Source of the DNA: an uncultured Eubacteriales bacterium
GTDB lineage: Bacteria > Bacillota > Clostridia > Oscillospirales > Acutalibacteraceae
Direction of reading: 5' to 3'
NCBI GenBank assembly: GCA_900315255.1
Contig: OMYH01000024.1
Span: forward strand, 740 to 64,739
Length of the DNA: 64,000 bases
Shown: one piece after another, positions 62,403 to 64,000 of the stretch
Position numbering within the stretch: position 1 is the first letter of the stretch
How the letters are laid out: every line of letters starts with the position of its first letter
The notes under the pieces: model-generated
Told to the model about the DNA's origin: nothing
Databases searched by the model: none
What the model saw: only the letters and a program-made list of their open reading frames with translations
Translations under genes and position numbers: made by a program

Positions 62403-63779
62403 TTATCGTGAAAACAATGACCGCTCTTCCTTTCTGATCGTCCTGTAGAGCAGCGTTACCGATACACCCATCATTATGAATTCCGTTATCGGCTGCGCCC
62501 ATATCATGCCGTTAAATCCGAAAACACTATTAAGCATAAGCAGCAACGGAATATACAAGATCAGCTGCCTGACAAGAGTGATCGCAAATGCGTACTGCGG
62601 TTTGCCCATTCCCTGGAATGACATTCTGCACATTGACACTGCGCTTACAAAAGGCAGTATAAACATGATCGTTCTCAGAACAATGCTTCCTGTATCTATG
62701 ACATCCGCAGTCTGTGTGAATATCCCGATAAGATATGGGGCGAATATTCCGTAAACCGCCATCACAAAAAGCTCAGCGCCGCTTGAAACGGCGAGTCCTG
62801 CCCGAAGTACGCTTATCATGCGTTTAAAGTTCTTTGCTCCGTAATTGTATCCCATGATAGGCTGTGTTCCCGAGGCAAAGCCCTGATAAATATAATTGCC
62901 GAGAGACATTATTTTTTGAGCTATACCCATAGCGGCAACCGTCAAAGCACCGTATGAAGCCGCAAGATTATTGTTGACAACATATGCCGCAGATGTCAGC
63001 AAAGTTTCGAGCGAAGCGGGAACGCCCACCCAGAAGATCTCTTTTAATATCTCCTTAGTCGGACGAACATATTTTATGTGAGGTTTAAGCAGCGATCTTC
63101 CGCTTATGTAGAACCACAGCGACACAAGCATACTCACTGCGTTTCCGAGTATCGTAGCGACACCGGCGCCTGTTATCTGCATGTCAAGCGCAAATATAAA
63201 AACAGGGTCAAGGACAATATTTGTTACAGTGCCTGCGATCATTCCCGCTATCGAATACTTCACCGAACCCTCGCTTCTCAGAAGCTGCCCGAAGGTATAG
63301 CTGCCCATTGTGAAAACACTGCCGAGAAGTATCACAAAAGCATAACGCTTTGTATATTCAAACGTATCGCTTTCAGCTCCGAGCGCCGTCACTATCCGAG
63401 GCAGGAACGCAAGCCCTAAAGCTGTAACGATAATGCTGTTTATCAATGTCAGCACAAAGCCCGATGTCAAAGTATGCCTGGCTTTTGAAGTATCTCCCGC
63501 CCCGAGACTCCTTGCGATGAGCGACGAAGCGCCTGTCCCCACCATGTTTGATATTGCAACTGACACCATCATAATCGGATAAGCCAGGTTAACTGCGGCA
63601 AGCTGATAATCATCGTGTGTTTTTCCGATAAAATATGTATCGACAAGATTATAAAGCACCATAATAAACATACCTGCGATAAGCGGTACTCCAAGATTTA
63701 TCACGGCTTTTACGGGCTTTTCTTTGCTTAGAATAAATATCCTTTTATCTTCCCTTTCAGAATTCTCCATAACAACCAC
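62403..63779 (-). CDS. MATE-family multidrug/efflux transporter
   Basis: The 458-aa product has 12 predicted TMs and a typical MATE N-terminus (PLIAGMFIMVLYNLVDTYFIGK) with internal duplication. Confidence 0.85.
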   Translation of the reverse strand: MVVMENSEREDKRIFILSKEKPVKAVINLGVPLIAGMFIMVLYNLVDTYFIGKTHDDYQLAAVNLAYPIMMVSVAISNMVGTGASSLIARSLGAGDTSKARHTLTSGFVLTLINSIIVTALGLAFLPRIVTALGAESDTFEYTKRYAFVILLGSVFTMGSYTFGQLLRSEGSVKYSIAGMIAGTVTNIVLDPVFIFALDMQITGAGVATILGNAVSMLVSLWFYISGRSLLKPHIKYVRPTKEILKEIFWVGVPASLETLLTSAAYVVNNNLAASYGALTVAAMGIAQKIMSLGNYIYQGFASGTQPIMGYNYGAKNFKRMISVLRAGLAVSSGAELFVMAVYGIFAPYLIGIFTQTADVIDTGSIVLRTIMFILPFVSAVSMCRMSFQGMGKPQYAFAITLVRQLILYIPLLLMLNSVFGFNGMIWAQPITEFIMMGVSVTLLYRTIRKEERSLFSR

Positions 63780-64000
63780 CTTCGTGACTTATTATAACAT
63801 ATTATTCGGATGAATGTGTGAACGTGAAGGTAATTTTTGGGGTAGGATCAAGAAAACGTGTATTCCTATTACATTAAACAAAAAGCGAGCGGCGACATCG
63901 AAGTTTGTTATAATACAGCAAATCGAAGAGTTGTGAAGATATGCTTTTGAATGGGACGATCGGAAAAACATAATTAATACTAATCTCAAATAAGAATCTT

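Overview
The window looks like chromosomal DNA from a low-to-moderate GC Firmicute of the Clostridia. It is probably a Ruminococcus/Oscillospiraceae-like organism. I infer this from a type I dockerin protein, BspA-type LRR surface proteins, an rnfCDGEAB cluster, spoVA, a PduL-type phosphotransacylase and CIRCE-controlled groESL.

Most of the 64 kb is housekeeping:
- sbcDC, family-4 UDG, groESL
- a THF riboswitch followed by folE and an HD hydrolase
- lgt, rimM-trmD, ptsH, uvrC, gap, ispE, gpsA, rsmE, rnfCDGEAB, glyQS and two tRNAs

Accessory content sits between these genes:
- a very large DUF11-repeat wall-anchored surface protein
- a dockerin/LRR protein
- a Hanks-type kinase with an LRR ectodomain
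- an oversized RND pump
- a MalQ-GlgP fusion
- an ABC-2/CPBP operon
- two Tyr-rich DUF4190 paralogs

The most interesting signal is not a protein system. It is a family of TTAA-bounded, palindromic MITE-like repeats that I do not recognise. There are seven copies in the window, and each is a different deletion derivative of a reconstructed parent of about 180 bp.
- One copy splits the giant surface-protein gene in frame, leaving a single TGA stop.
- Two single-arm copies replace the 3' ends of unrelated genes and supply their C-terminal residues and stop codons.
- One copy sits just upstream of the groESL promoter.
- No transposase gene is present in the window.

Secondary observations:
- AT-rich mosaic modules in the two surface or receptor genes touched by the repeat
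- a 63-bp coding tandem array
- a retained internal RBS at the MalQ-GlgP fusion joint
- a roughly 340-aa coiled-coil insertion in the RND pump
- a promoter-overlapping palindromic operator
- an in-frame amber codon in a small membrane-protein gene

Everything here comes from reading the sequence and the ORF track. I ran no searches. Family assignments rest on recognised motifs, and all RNA and regulatory calls need covariance-model or experimental confirmation.
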